Shown piece by piece: positions 10,982-22,199 of a stretch of 64,000 nucleotides of DNA. The stretch covers positions 2,294,001 to 2,358,000 of the forward strand of contig JAUPSS010000001.1 in NCBI GenBank assembly GCA_040285825.1, in the 5' to 3' direction. A program made the position numbers and the translations under genes. The first letter of the stretch is position 1; every line of letters begins with the position of its first letter. The notes under the pieces were generated by a model, which worked only from the letters and a program-made list of their open reading frames with translations, searched no databases and had not been told where the DNA came from. Origin of the DNA: Eukaryota sp. TZLM1-RC (taxonomy: Eukaryota > Protista > Metamonada: BaSk clade).

Positions 10982-13900
10982 TTAGCTCCTCTTCCTAATT
11001 CTATTACTGCGTCTAGGCTTCTTAGAAGGCGTAGACTCATTGGAGGTACCTTGTCGTCGACTAGTGGTACGTTTACCAATTTTCTTGTTATCCTTACTAA
11101 ATAACTTATAAGCTTCTGAGTGTTTAATCAAATGGAGTGGCTCTTCTGTTGTCTCACCGCCAAACCACTGAACAGTACAGAAACTACCTGAATCAGAGTG
11201 GTATTCTGAGAGGATTTTCTCTATAACGTGTTTTTCGGAATCGCCCGCAGCGACTGCCTTGAGGAATTCAATGTCCTGTGGATTTTCTGCGTTATAGATT
11301 TTGCAATCTTTCTTGGCAGCTTTTAATTCTGTGCCAGTAGTAAGATTCTTCAATAATAAAGTGGATTTGGAAGGAAGGTCAATAACTAAAAATGGTCCAT
11401 TCCAAGATCCATGCAATTTATTATTTTGCTTGGTTTTACGTAAGACGTAGTCACCAATATTAAATACTATAAAACACGAATTAGTATTATCTACTGAAGA
11501 CGGAGTATTTAATGTTTGGTGACGCTCTGCTTCTTCCCTTTTTTTCTTGTAGACGAGTGTTTTTCATTTTGATGTCATCTAATAAAGGGATATTAGTTTC
11601 AAATTTGGATAAATTTCCTAATATATTAGCAGGGTCTGTTCTTGGACTAATCGAAGAACCGAACATGAGTTCGTATGGGGTAAAACCAGTTTTTCTGCTT
11701 TTAGTAGAATTTATTAATAGTTGGGATATAGGTACGTATGTAGACCAATTTCCGTAATCATTGAAATCTATTAATAGTTTCCTTAAGCATTGAAGAACGT
11801 CTCTATGTTTACGTTCTACAAGTCCATTACTTTCTGAATAGTGGGGAATTGAGTTACTCATCTCAATCGCTAATCTGTTACACACTATTTTGAAAGTCTC
11901 ATTGGCGAACTCAGGTCCATTATCACTATGAATTAACATAGGTATGCCAAAGATAGCGCAAACATTCCAAATCAAGGCATCTGCGGTTTCTAAGGCATTG
12001 AGTTCTTTTAGAGGGACTAAAATTGTATATCCAGTAAAAGAGTCTACAAATACTAATAGATATTTATTTCCTTCGTTGTCAGAATTTAGGGGTCCAATTG
12101 TATCGACATTTAATCTGGCAAAGGACGATCTGCCCATAAAGATCCTGTGGAAGGTGTTTTGATCTTTTAACTGGAGCCGTTTTTTGACAAGTTGGGCATC
12201 TTTTGACATGATTAATAAGGTCCTTTCTCATATTGGGCCAGTAAAAATCGCTTTTGGATAGTTTGTGTAAACTATCGTTTTTGCTAGGGTGACCAGATTG
12301 AACCAAACCATGTATTAATAGAAGTGCCTGTTTTCTGAGGCTCTTTGGAATCAAAATTTTGTTTTTATTATTTTTCCAAATTTGAGTATTTTCATCTAGA
12401 ATTGCATTTTCAAATAACGAGTCGTTGTTGTTTTTGGCTATTTGTTGTTCAGATCTTATCTTAGAGAACCAAGAAGAAAAAATAGGTAGGTCTTGGTGTC
12501 TACATAGAGATGAGATTGATGGGATGTCTTCAAGATCCGAATCAGAATCATCGTCTAGTGGAGGTATCTCGTAATTTGAAAGTAAAGTATCTGGTATATT
12601 TATACTACAAATAGAAGGAGCTTCCTCGTTTTGATCCAAATCAATATTCCTCGATAACATATCTGCCCAATGGTTGTCTTCACCAGGTTCGTGGACTATG
12701 TCAAAGTCGAATTCAGATAGTATCGGCAGCCATCTCTTTACAATTCTATTTTTCTCTGGGGCTGTAGCCAGGAATGCAATGTTTTTATGATCTGTGAAAA
12801 TTGTTAAATGTCTAGTTAACAGGTAGCTTTCTAAACAACTTTCAGTTAAAATCAAAAGTATTGCATATAATTCTTTTTGTAAGGTGGACCATTTTCTTTG
12901 TGTTTCTGTAAGTAATCTACTATAGAATGACAAAGGTTTTACTTTCCTTTTATTTAGCGGGGTTCCTGTAGGGGAGTAGGGTTCAATTTCTTGCCAAATA
13001 ACACCTCCTACTGCTACATCTGAAGCGTCAGTACTTATCAATACTCGCTTGCCCGGAGCTGGTAATTCAAGGGGCATGTGGTTTACTATTAAGTCTTTTA
13101 TTTGTTTTAAGTAATCGTCATGCTTGCTAGTCCATTTAATTATTCTGGGTTTTCCTTTAATTAACTCGTTAATTGGAGCAATTAATTCAGAAATACCTGG
13201 AAGCCAATCTCTAATATAATTTATGGATCCTACCAATGAGCGAACTTCTTTCACTGTTTTTGGTCTAGGGATTCTCATCAAGGCTTCGATTTTTTTCTTA
13301 CTTATAAATCTAGTTTTATCCTGGAAGGTACTTCCTAAAATGTCGATAGGGTGTTTTGATGTTACGAATTTACATTTACGTAAGCCTATATTTACACGTC
13401 TATTTCTGGCGCATTGGAGGACTCTTTGTAATCTCTTATAAAATTCTTCGAATGTCGTTCCAACTATTATGATATCGTCAATGTATATGAAAACGCCATC
13501 AATTTGGAATATTTCCATCATTACGTTTTGAAAAACTGCTGGGATATTCTTTAATCCGAAGCAAGCTCTTTTAAACATAATTGACCTTCCAGGGATTGAG
13601 ATTGATGTTTTCTCAATGTCCTTTTCAGCTACATTCATCTGCCAGAAAGCTTTTGGTAAATCAAGCGTGGCGATGTAATTTGCTCTACTTAAAAATTCTA
13701 ATATATCACTAATCCTAGGTAGATTAGGCTCTACTGAAATCGTATGGGCATTAACTCCATCTTTACCACTAAAGTCTCCAGTTAACTTGGGTTTTTTGCC
13801 GTCAGGGTATATAACTAAGACAATAGGAGAGCTGAATTTATAATTAGATTCAACTGCATAGCCCATTTCGATCAGTTCATCAAATATTTTGTTTGCTATT

Positions 13901-14750
13901 TCCATTTTGCTGGGATTTAACCGTCTAGCAGGTTTATGTACTATAGCATTCTCATCTCTAAAGGGGATTGTTAGAGGATTACAATCGATTCCTTTTCTAT
14001 TAGGAGTTTCACTAAAAACATCGCTGAATAATTTTAGTAGACTCGTTAATTTTAATTTATTATTACTATCATCTAAATTTATCTCACATCCAGATCTTGC
14101 TAATTGCTCCTCAAAATCAGAAGGACTTGGTGATTGGTTATCTAAGTTCCCAATCGAATGTTGAGCGATCCTAGAGTCGAATTCTGATTCTGCATTTAGC
14201 AAAGTGCGGTGTTCTTTGTCTAAACTAATGAAAAGACCATCATCCGTCTGAAGCCCAAGTGCTTTTTAACATGTCTGTCCCTATTAATAATTTGTTCGAA
14301 CCCGGGATTATGGGAAGAGTTTGTTTATAGTGAACTTGTTGCGCAATGCTTCCTACGTTGAACGACAGAATACCAGTTGCACTCCCTAGCGATTTTGTGG
14401 ATACGTTATTAGCTGGTAAGAACTTAATAGTATCCTTGCTATTGATTGACATATGGCATTGTTCAGCTAAATCTGCAGTAATAACTGAACAAAACGCAGC
14501 CGAATCTATAGTCGCAATCATTTTAATATCATTTATTGATATCTCCAGTCTTAGAAATGGAGAACGCTGGGACCTGACGTGGTTTTCACTAACCGTAGAA
14601 TTAATATCAAAAATGCTATTGATATCAGAGCTGGTTTGGTGAATTTGTAGAGGAATTAAAAGATTTTGTTGAGCTGTTGGAAAGTTGTTGACTGGGTTTC
14701 CTAAATCGGTTGTTGATTGGTTGTGATTGATTGCGTTGATATGTACCCGA
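10982..14750 (-). CDS. pol: pol polyprotein (protease, RT, RNase H, integrase, chromodomain), broken by a few 1-nt indels
   Basis: IDSAA protease; LDLPKAFWQ, FGLKN, YIDD RT; TDAS..KELYA..TDH..WADMLSR RNase H; HG..GH..CPTC, VDTIGP, HSDNG, VER integrase; GPF motif; VIEKIL..VQWFG..TEEP chromo-like domain. Confidence 0.9.
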
Positions 14751-16633
14751 TTAGGAAAGTTGCCTGTCCTGCTGTTCCGGTTGCTGTTGTTGATCCGTCT
14801 GTGAGGAACCGTACTCGAACGGGTCGGTTTTTGACTCAGTAGGGGATGCGTTTGATGATATGTCCTCTGTTGTGTTTATGTTATGTATAGGTCTGTACTG
14901 ACCTCTTCCTTTATGACCTCTATAACGGCCTCCACGGCCTCTAAATTTGAATCTATGTACACGTCTACCACGGCCACCTCGGCCCCTTTCTACACTGCCT
15001 CTACTAGCAGGCGCCTCCTGTTCTCCTAATCTGAATCTTTCTTCTTTGGGAACTCTGCTTCTAGCGCAACGAGGATCTTTGCATTCGAATACAGTGTGGC
15101 CAACAGGATTGTTACCTTCGACGTTGCTGCAGAATGTACAGAATTTTGACCCTTCTCGTTCATGCTTTTCAGGGATGTATTTGTGTTGAGGGGTTCCTCT
15201 TGACTTTCCACCTGATCGTCTTGCTCGTTTTGTTGGAGCCTGGGCTGATGGTGTTACTCCTCTTGAGTAAGTTCTCATTGCCGTGAGTCCCAAAGGAATA
15301 TCTTCTTCGTTAGCCCTGTTCCTTAGTACATCCATTGTGGGCTTGTTTCCTGCTGTGTAACACCAAGCGAGGAAATGTCTTCTCGTTGTCGATATCAAAT
15401 CGAGTAGAGTTGTTCTGTTCGGTGAGTCCCACAAGGATTCCCTAGTCCATACTGGGAGGAGTTCGCTTGATATAGCAAAGTTATCCAGACCCATAAGGAA
15501 GTACTCGGCTATTAGAGCGGGAGATATGGTTATCAACCCACTGCTTCCTCTAATTAAATCGGGGATGGTTAGGTCGGTCATGTAGGTGGTCATTCTCAAG
15601 ACGTCTCCAAAATCTTCTACATAACGACCAAACTCGTTGTCAGCCTCATGCCTATTGTGGATTTTCCTCCAATTTATTCTAGGCTTCATTAGAGCTGTAC
15701 AAGCCTCATGATATGATGTGAATTGCGTTCTTTTTAACAGAAATACCATGACGTCGGCGTCGGTATAATCAACACCGAGTAAACCTTGACTCTGCCATCT
15801 AGATAGAAGGCTAGGGTCGATCATGCTGGATATTCCTGTGGGGCAAGTGCTCATCATCATGCTCCTAAATAAATCATAATGGTGGATTGGGGGTCCGAGC
15901 TTATCTGTTATAGCTGGATCAATCCTTACCAAAGGCTGTGTTGTATCCCTGGTGATCTCGTCGCGTATATGTTTGGGGAGATCTTTAATCCTATCTTGGG
16001 TTATTTCTGCTTGCCCTTCTCCAAATAGCTGGGTAGCTATCATAAAGGCTCTGGTCCAATCTGATTGACCTGGGGCTTCGAAGCTTCTATTAGCTATCTT
16101 TCGCCCGTATTTATCCCAAGTTTGATATTTTAAAAGAAAAGCTATGATAGACATTTTGTTAATAGGGTCATCAGCGGATAATCGAGGTCTTTTATAGTCG
16201 ATATCCTTAGACCGTGGATCAATCTGTCTATGAAGGCTACTAGCTATGCTCATGTCAATAGCTCTTCTTGAGGATTGTAGGTCCTCAATACGCATAGGTC
16301 TATCGGAAGAAGAGTCTCTTACCGAGGGTTGAGGAGGAGCCGTTTCTCCAACGACTGGCCCGTTCAACTCAATGTCTTCTCCAATTTCACCTTCCATGGG
16401 TTGAGAGGAAGTTGGTTCTTCCTGAGGTGCAACGTCTTGTCTTGTTACAGGTTCCGGGACGTTCACTGTTGGAACATGATCGGGTATGCTGTCGATAGAG
16501 CAGACCTGTATTGGTTGGCTTTTTTCAGAAATTATAGGGGCTACAACAGGCAGTTTGGGAAGGTGGAGAGATGTGGATGGATCTCCCGTTACCCATTGTC
16601 TAAACTCTCGTTGTTTTGTGAACGAGTTACCAT
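14751..16633 (-). CDS. gag: gag of element 2
   Basis: 571-aa ORF (14751..16466) with CTFC...GHTVFEC knuckle and RG-rich tail. An upstream ATG at 16633 (MVTRSQ) is out of frame, possibly through an indel, so the start is uncertain. Confidence 0.8.
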
Positions 16634-16693
16634 GTTGTTGGGTGTAGTTGTTAGGACGGCTCCTATACGTGGATACAGCTGATCGTTCCGATC

Positions 16694-17319
16694 AACAAAA
16701 CATGCTCCCTACAGGGATCGAACCTGTGACCTTCGCGTTATTAGCACGACGCTCTAACCAACTGAGCTAAGAGAGCAGTTTGTTGGCTTTGGAAATAAAA
16801 TGCCCCAATGCACAAATCAAATAATGTTAAAATGGAATCTCTTTTTTTAGTTTTTATTTAATTTGAAAAACTTTACAACAAACTTAAAATTTTATATTTT
16901 CATATAGTCAACTTAGTCAAAAACAATTGACTGGAATCTTTTCCCCCATAAAAAGGCAGAACAAAATCAGGGAACATAACCTCTAAAAATTGGAATTACA
17001 ATTCTGTTCTGCTAAAAAATTATCAAAAAACTGTTCATGTTCGCTGTTTTACAATTTCAATACCGTATTTGCAGAAACTTGGGGCCCGAAAACTGTTGGA
17101 CGAAAACTGTTTAAAACTTTTGAACCAAACACTTTGGGACAAAATCGCAAAATTCCCTAAGTTTTCTGGAAGACTTCCTTCTTTTAGTTTACTTTCAATT
17201 TTTGTTTTCAAAACATTGAATTAATAATTCTTTTATCAAATTCAGAATACAACTATCAATAAAATGTTACTCCAAACACAAGCAGTCATCAATATTTTGG
17301 AATTTGTTTGGCATCTTCT
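16694..17319. repeat. Inverted duplicate of 47735-48361 (tRNA-Ile plus ~540 bp of 5' flank)
   Basis: Near-identical reverse complement read by eye. Confidence 0.9.
16703..16776 (-). tRNA. tRNA-Ile (AAT)
   Basis: GCTCTCT-TAGCTCAGTTGGTTAGAGC-G-TCGTG CT AAT AA CGCGA-AGGTC-ACAGG TTCGATC CCTGT-AGGGAGC-A cloverleaf. Confidence 0.97.
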
Positions 17320-17523
17320 ATCTCCTATCTATAGGCTATAGACTATAGTACAAGCAAAAACTAATACTTATACATCCAATAAGGAACCACTTTTATTAAA
17401 TCTGTGATAGAATAAAATTTTAAAACTACCACTAGTGAATTACAATCTGAGGATTTATTTAAAAGATATCCTCTAAAGTTGAAATGAATCTGCGCCTTAG
17501 TGTCACTACTTTTACCCCACTCC

Positions 17524-17892
17524 ATGTCCCAACCGCAACAACAAAAAGGTGCTCAGAGCAAGAAGCAGAAAGGTAAGCAGCAATTCCAAGGTCACACATT
17601 CTATGGCCCTCATCCTGAGGTTGACGAGCAACAACTACCAACTATTCAAAAACTAATGAAAGAGGAAGACATTGATCCTGAAACTCTTTCTAAGGTTAAA
17701 TCGTGGGAATCCAGAAGACATCATGGAGAAATTCCAGCTGGTTCTCCTGCATCAGAATTGGAACACCGTCATAGCCAAAAACACAAAGGAGAAGGTGGAC
17801 AACGAGTAATTGACAGGGAAAAACACGCATTTAAGCAACAACTCTACAAGGAGGAGGAAGATCTTTTGCAACAAGAACCACAGAAAGAGTAA
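17524..17892 (+). CDS. Small hydrophilic protein, possibly SMP/LEA-like; paralog of 44546-44911
   Basis: 122-aa ORF from ATG 17524, conserved with its paralog. Q/K/E-rich. The segment LSKVKSWESRRHHGEIPAGSPASELE loosely resembles seed-maturation-protein repeats. Confidence 0.7.
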   Translation: MSQPQQQKGAQSKKQKGKQQFQGHTFYGPHPEVDEQQLPTIQKLMKEEDIDPETLSKVKSWESRRHHGEIPAGSPASELEHRHSQKHKGEGGQRVIDREKHAFKQQLYKEEEDLLQQEPQKE

Positions 17893-18329
17893 AATCGCTA
17901 CACAGAGTGTTGCATTAGAGTAAATGTTGGAAATAAAAGACTCTAAACAGAAAGACGATATGATTTAAGCCAATGGTGATTTGATCGATATCCAAATACA
18001 AAGTTAGATTTACTCAGCAAAATTGATTTCAACATTGTGATGATTTGATCGGCAGATGTACCAGTATCAATGTTTCACGTGTTCATTTCTGAAATATTTC
18101 TAACTAGTGTTTGCTTCTTGCATATAATGAACAAAATTCATCCACGTTTAATGAGTTTCAGTTAACATAATAAATAAAACAGTTTTCAATTGATAATTTA
18201 AGGTGGTGCTAGAGACATCAGCTGTTCCGAAAAAATTTTCGACTTTTAGAATATTCTGCCTTTGCTGAAGTTTTGTTTAGACTTAATTGAAGTGAATAAT
18301 TTACATTAATTCATTTGTAGTAAAAAATA

Positions 18330-18970
18330 ATGTAAACAACTTATTACTTTTTGATCAAAAGTTCATGATGTAGTAAGGGATTTACACTATTGTATGTCAA
18401 AGTCACACAGAATTGTTTCCTATTTAGAACCATTGCTCTCTCATTTGGCTGATGAAAATCCTTTCAATTCATTTGGTCGAAATAGTGGTGAAATAATGCT
18501 TGAAGGTTTTGAAGGAACGACTATCTTCCCAGACGTGTGATTGACTGATCTGTGTTATAATTCTTTTATACCGTTAACTCAGTCAAAATGGAAAAACCCG
18601 CTGTCTATTGCCGCAAATTCTTAAATTGATAAATATTCAGCCATGTTGCTATCCTTGAATTCTGAATCTCACACTCTTTATGTCCTTTGTCCATTTGCTA
18701 TTTCCCTACATGGCTCGTTGAGACCACTTGTTTTGTCTTTCTTGGATGATTTTGTTGAAATTGTGAAATATCAAACAGGAAATTTTTTTGACAACATTTT
18801 TTGATAGACTAAAATTGCAATTGCAATTTAAGGTGTTGTCACCATATTACCATCTGTTTTGTTATCTCTTAGTCGTCTTTATGAAAGTAAAATCCAGTCA
18901 TTTCTTTTTGGCTATTTTGATGTATGAAGATTTGTTGTTTAGTTTTTCGTTGTTATGAATTAATAAAGAA
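18330..18970 (+). mobile_element. Degenerate non-LTR 3' fragment (family D)
   Basis: Similar to the reverse complement of 32505-33110 (SKVH.VRD..YC..KSHRI; CPFAISLHGS). Confidence 0.75.
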
Positions 18971-19280
18971 AGATATTTCAAAAAAAATTATTTGTACTGT
19001 TGTGGTTATCTCAGATAACTTGACTGTTTGGCTGTCATGATTTGTTGTGATTTCCTGTTTATATGACACATTTCCGCTTCTCGATTTTCTGTCTTCTGTT
19101 GCTTAACACAAACTGTATTTTTCCTTCTGGGCTAACATGGGAGATCACCTCAAAATTTCTGAATAATTGAGTTAAAATGTCCGACTGACCAACCATTTCG
19201 GTTTCTAAAAGTGAGTGGTGTTGTAAAAGTTTGTCTTGATATTGATCTTAATAATATTCATTCCAGTCAATAAATTAATT

Positions 19281-19823
19281 TTATTTATTGAATTTGCACA
19301 CTTGATTAAATTAAATCATAACTAATGGGACGACTATCATTAAACCAAGATTTCCTCTACAAAATCTTGATTTGCTTGCTGTCTAGCTAAAGCTTCTCTA
19401 ATTCGATTGAAAAACCGCGGTAATCTATTAATAATGGCAAATTGAATCCGTGAACGCCATAAAAAAATATCAAATCTTTTCATTGTTTTTTCTTTCACCA
19501 TTTTTTGAAAGTCATCCAAAAAAGTTTCTGCTTCAACTGATAATCTTCCATTTATCGAAAATGGGAAAGCAATAAAAACCAGCTGTGTATTTCTATCAAC
19601 ATTTGCATCTTCAATTTCTTTATCATATTTTCTATGTTTTTCTTTTGCTTTAAAATCCAGAGCAGCCACAGGATTAAGTTTTCTTCTGTGAACCAAAGTA
19701 TCGTTTGCAACATTACATGAGACAAAGTCAACAATAGCTTCAGAATTATCAATCCAATCACAGTATACATCACCTCTATCATCAGAACCAAAATTATTCA
19801 GAGAAAGTGTTTCTTTCAGAAGG
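19281..19823 (-). mobile_element. 5'-truncated family A non-LTR retrotransposon
   Basis: Identical peptide to the 3' end of 48761..49810. 15-bp TSD GTCAATAAA(T/G)TAATT at 19266-19280 and 19824-19838. Confidence 0.92.
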
Positions 19824-19921
19824 GTCAATAAAGTAATTCATGTTCGTGTTTCCCATTAATTTTCACAAAAACTAATTACATCAAAATTTATAAATAACGA
19901 TAAACCTATAAGTGTAAAAAA

Positions 19922-21182
19922 TTACATTGAAGCTTTGGCTGCCTTGAATGCCTGGTCAAGATCCTTGATTAAATCTTGGACATTTTCAACACCAACAGAG
20001 ATTCTGATAAGAGTATCAGTAATGCCAGATTCTTCACGGTCTTTTGGAGGAACACAAGCATGAGTCATACTAGCAGGATGTTGAATAAGAGTATCAATTG
20101 TCCCAAGAGAAACAGCTAATGAAATGAGCTTGACATTGCGCAACACATTCTTGGCGAATTCAAAACCATGTTTAGTTTCAAAAGAGAAACAAGAAGGTAG
20201 CATTCCATTGGATTGCTTCATGGCCAATTCGTGTTGGGGATGGCTGGGAAGAGCTGGGTGATGAACAACTTCAACATCGTCATGGGTTTCCAACCATCTG
20301 GCAACCTCGGCACCATTTTCAACCATCTTACGAATACGGAGGTCCAAAGTTTTGATGCCTTGTAACACGAGGAAGGCGTCAAAAGGAGAAGTATTACCAC
20401 CAGTTAATACTCTGAAACCTTGGATTTCACCGAGAACGGAAGCATCCTTGATAGTGAGAGCACCACCTACAGAGGTTCCGTGACCATTGAGATTCTTGGT
20501 GGTGGAATAAAGGCCGATATCAGCACCAAGAGCCAATGGGCTTTGGGTCAAAGGTGATTGGAAAGTGTTGTCACAAACCAAGATACAGTCTTGTTGGTGA
20601 GCAATTTCAGCAACTGCTGCGATGTCAGTAATAGAATTAGTGGGATTGGCAGGTGTTTCGATATAAACAATTCTAGTGTTAGGCTTCATGGCGTTGCGGA
20701 CTTCTTCAGTGTTTGAAGAGTTGACGAAGGTGACATCGATGTTCCATCTGGTGAGAGAAGCAATGTACTTATGTGTACAACCATAAAGAGTACGACCAGC
20801 AACAATATGATCACCAGCATTCAAGCGGTACCTTGAATAAGAGATTACACAAGTCCATACATTAAAGCAGCGTGAACAGCGGCCATACCAGAGCCGAATA
20901 ACAAAGCACCGGATGCATCTTTTTCGATAGCAGCTAAAGTGCGCTCTGCAGCTTCAACAGTTGGGTTTCTGCTGTTACTTATGTCAAAGGAACATACGCA
21001 ATACGGGAATAAATGTGACCAGACTGCTTTCCGGCAAAAAGATCGCCACCATGCTCAGGTGAGTCGAAAAGATATGTGGAGGTAGCAAAAATAGGAGTGA
21101 CATGAGCGTGCGTACAGGTATCATGTCCTTCAGAGTGGAGGGCGGCAGTTTCAGGAGCGTACGTCATTTCAGTATTTACCAT
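19922..21182 (-). CDS. mgl: Methionine gamma-lyase (PLP-dependent Cys/Met metabolism family); 3 exons, 400 aa
   Basis: Removing GT..AG introns 20969-20997 and 20832-20860 restores YSRIANPT, FGSGMAA, LYGCT (MGL-typical Tyr/Cys), ETPANP, DNTF, STTK (PLP lysine), AVSLG, HPASMTH, RISVG. Confidence 0.92.
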
Positions 21183-21309
21183 TGGGAGGAGTGAGAATGA
21201 AAGATATTCGTGATTCAACTTTGCAAAATTGTGTTTATAAGGTTTTGGTTTCAAATCAAAGAAAATTTTCCGCACAGAAGTTTGGTATGTTTAAGATTTG
21301 CATATGCCA

Positions 21310-22185
21310 ACTTGCAGAAATAGATATTTAAAGTTTTTGAAAATTCGGATTTTACTGTTCGTCTTAGTTTGGCTAAGGAAAAGAATCCCGTTTTTGCCAA
21401 CTTTTCAATTCATCTTAATGAAAGTAGCTCACGTTGTCTCATTTCTCAAATTCCCAATGATTTTGGTCTAATGATACAACTGTACTGTGAATGAGGTGTT
21501 TTCTGTGGCCATGGAGTGTGCCAAGTGATTTGATTTGTCATCGTGCTTATTAAATTGAATCTTTTGTTTAATTGCAAATTTAGTATTACATTTCGCTCAG
21601 TTGTTAATGATGCTGTTAGAGACCAACTGTATGCCGTTTGCAAAAGCCTCCATATTGAAGCTTTTGTTGAACCACTTGTGCGTAAATTGTCACCTGAAAA
21701 TGAAGATGATAATACTTTCGGTAATTGGCGTGCTGATTTAATTACTCGTAGGTTTGATGGTGCGATCAAGGTTGTTGATGTTTGTAAGGAATCAGCAATT
21801 GATTTTGCTAAAAACATGAAACTCAACTTTGCTTTGCTGAAAAGAGCAAAATCAAAAAGTACAAGGAGGCCTTATCTCAGCTAGGACATGTTGATCATGT
21901 AAGGTACCAGCTTGTTCCATTAGCTGTTTCTCTTTTTGGTAACATTGGAATATCTGGTATTAAATTTCTCGAAAATTTCCGAAGTTAAATTAAATAAGGA
22001 GCAGAACAATGTTGAACTTTAATTTCTGGCACTATAGGATTGTTTTTGGTATACTTAAAGAAATAGGAATAGAGTAGGAAAATCGCACACTAGCTTTGAG
22101 AGGTTTGATGATGTTGATGCGTGTATTGAGAATAATGAGTTCTAGTTTTTACGTGAACATTCTTCTTTCAATTAACAAATAAAAA
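21310..22185 (+). mobile_element. Degenerate family B non-LTR fragment
   Basis: NDAVRDQLYAVCKSLHIEAFVEP..RAD; similar to 38517..39383. Confidence 0.85.
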
Positions 22186-22199
22186 ATATAATCAAAAAG

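Larger units (their letters stand above)
10773..16697 (-). mobile_element. Near-intact Ty3/gypsy (chromodomain-bearing) LTR retrotransposon (element 2); 3' LTR present, matching 5' LTR absent
   Basis: Domain order gag-PR-RT-RH-IN-chromo. 79-bp TGTTG...CAACA segment at 10773-10851, preceded on the minus strand by PPT AAAAAGGGAAGAAGCAG. Confidence 0.92.

Noticed and set aside
16633-16697. 65-bp TGTTG...CAACA stretch as the 5' LTR of element 2
   Set aside because: No internal similarity to the 3' LTR and no TSD; better read as 5' leader.
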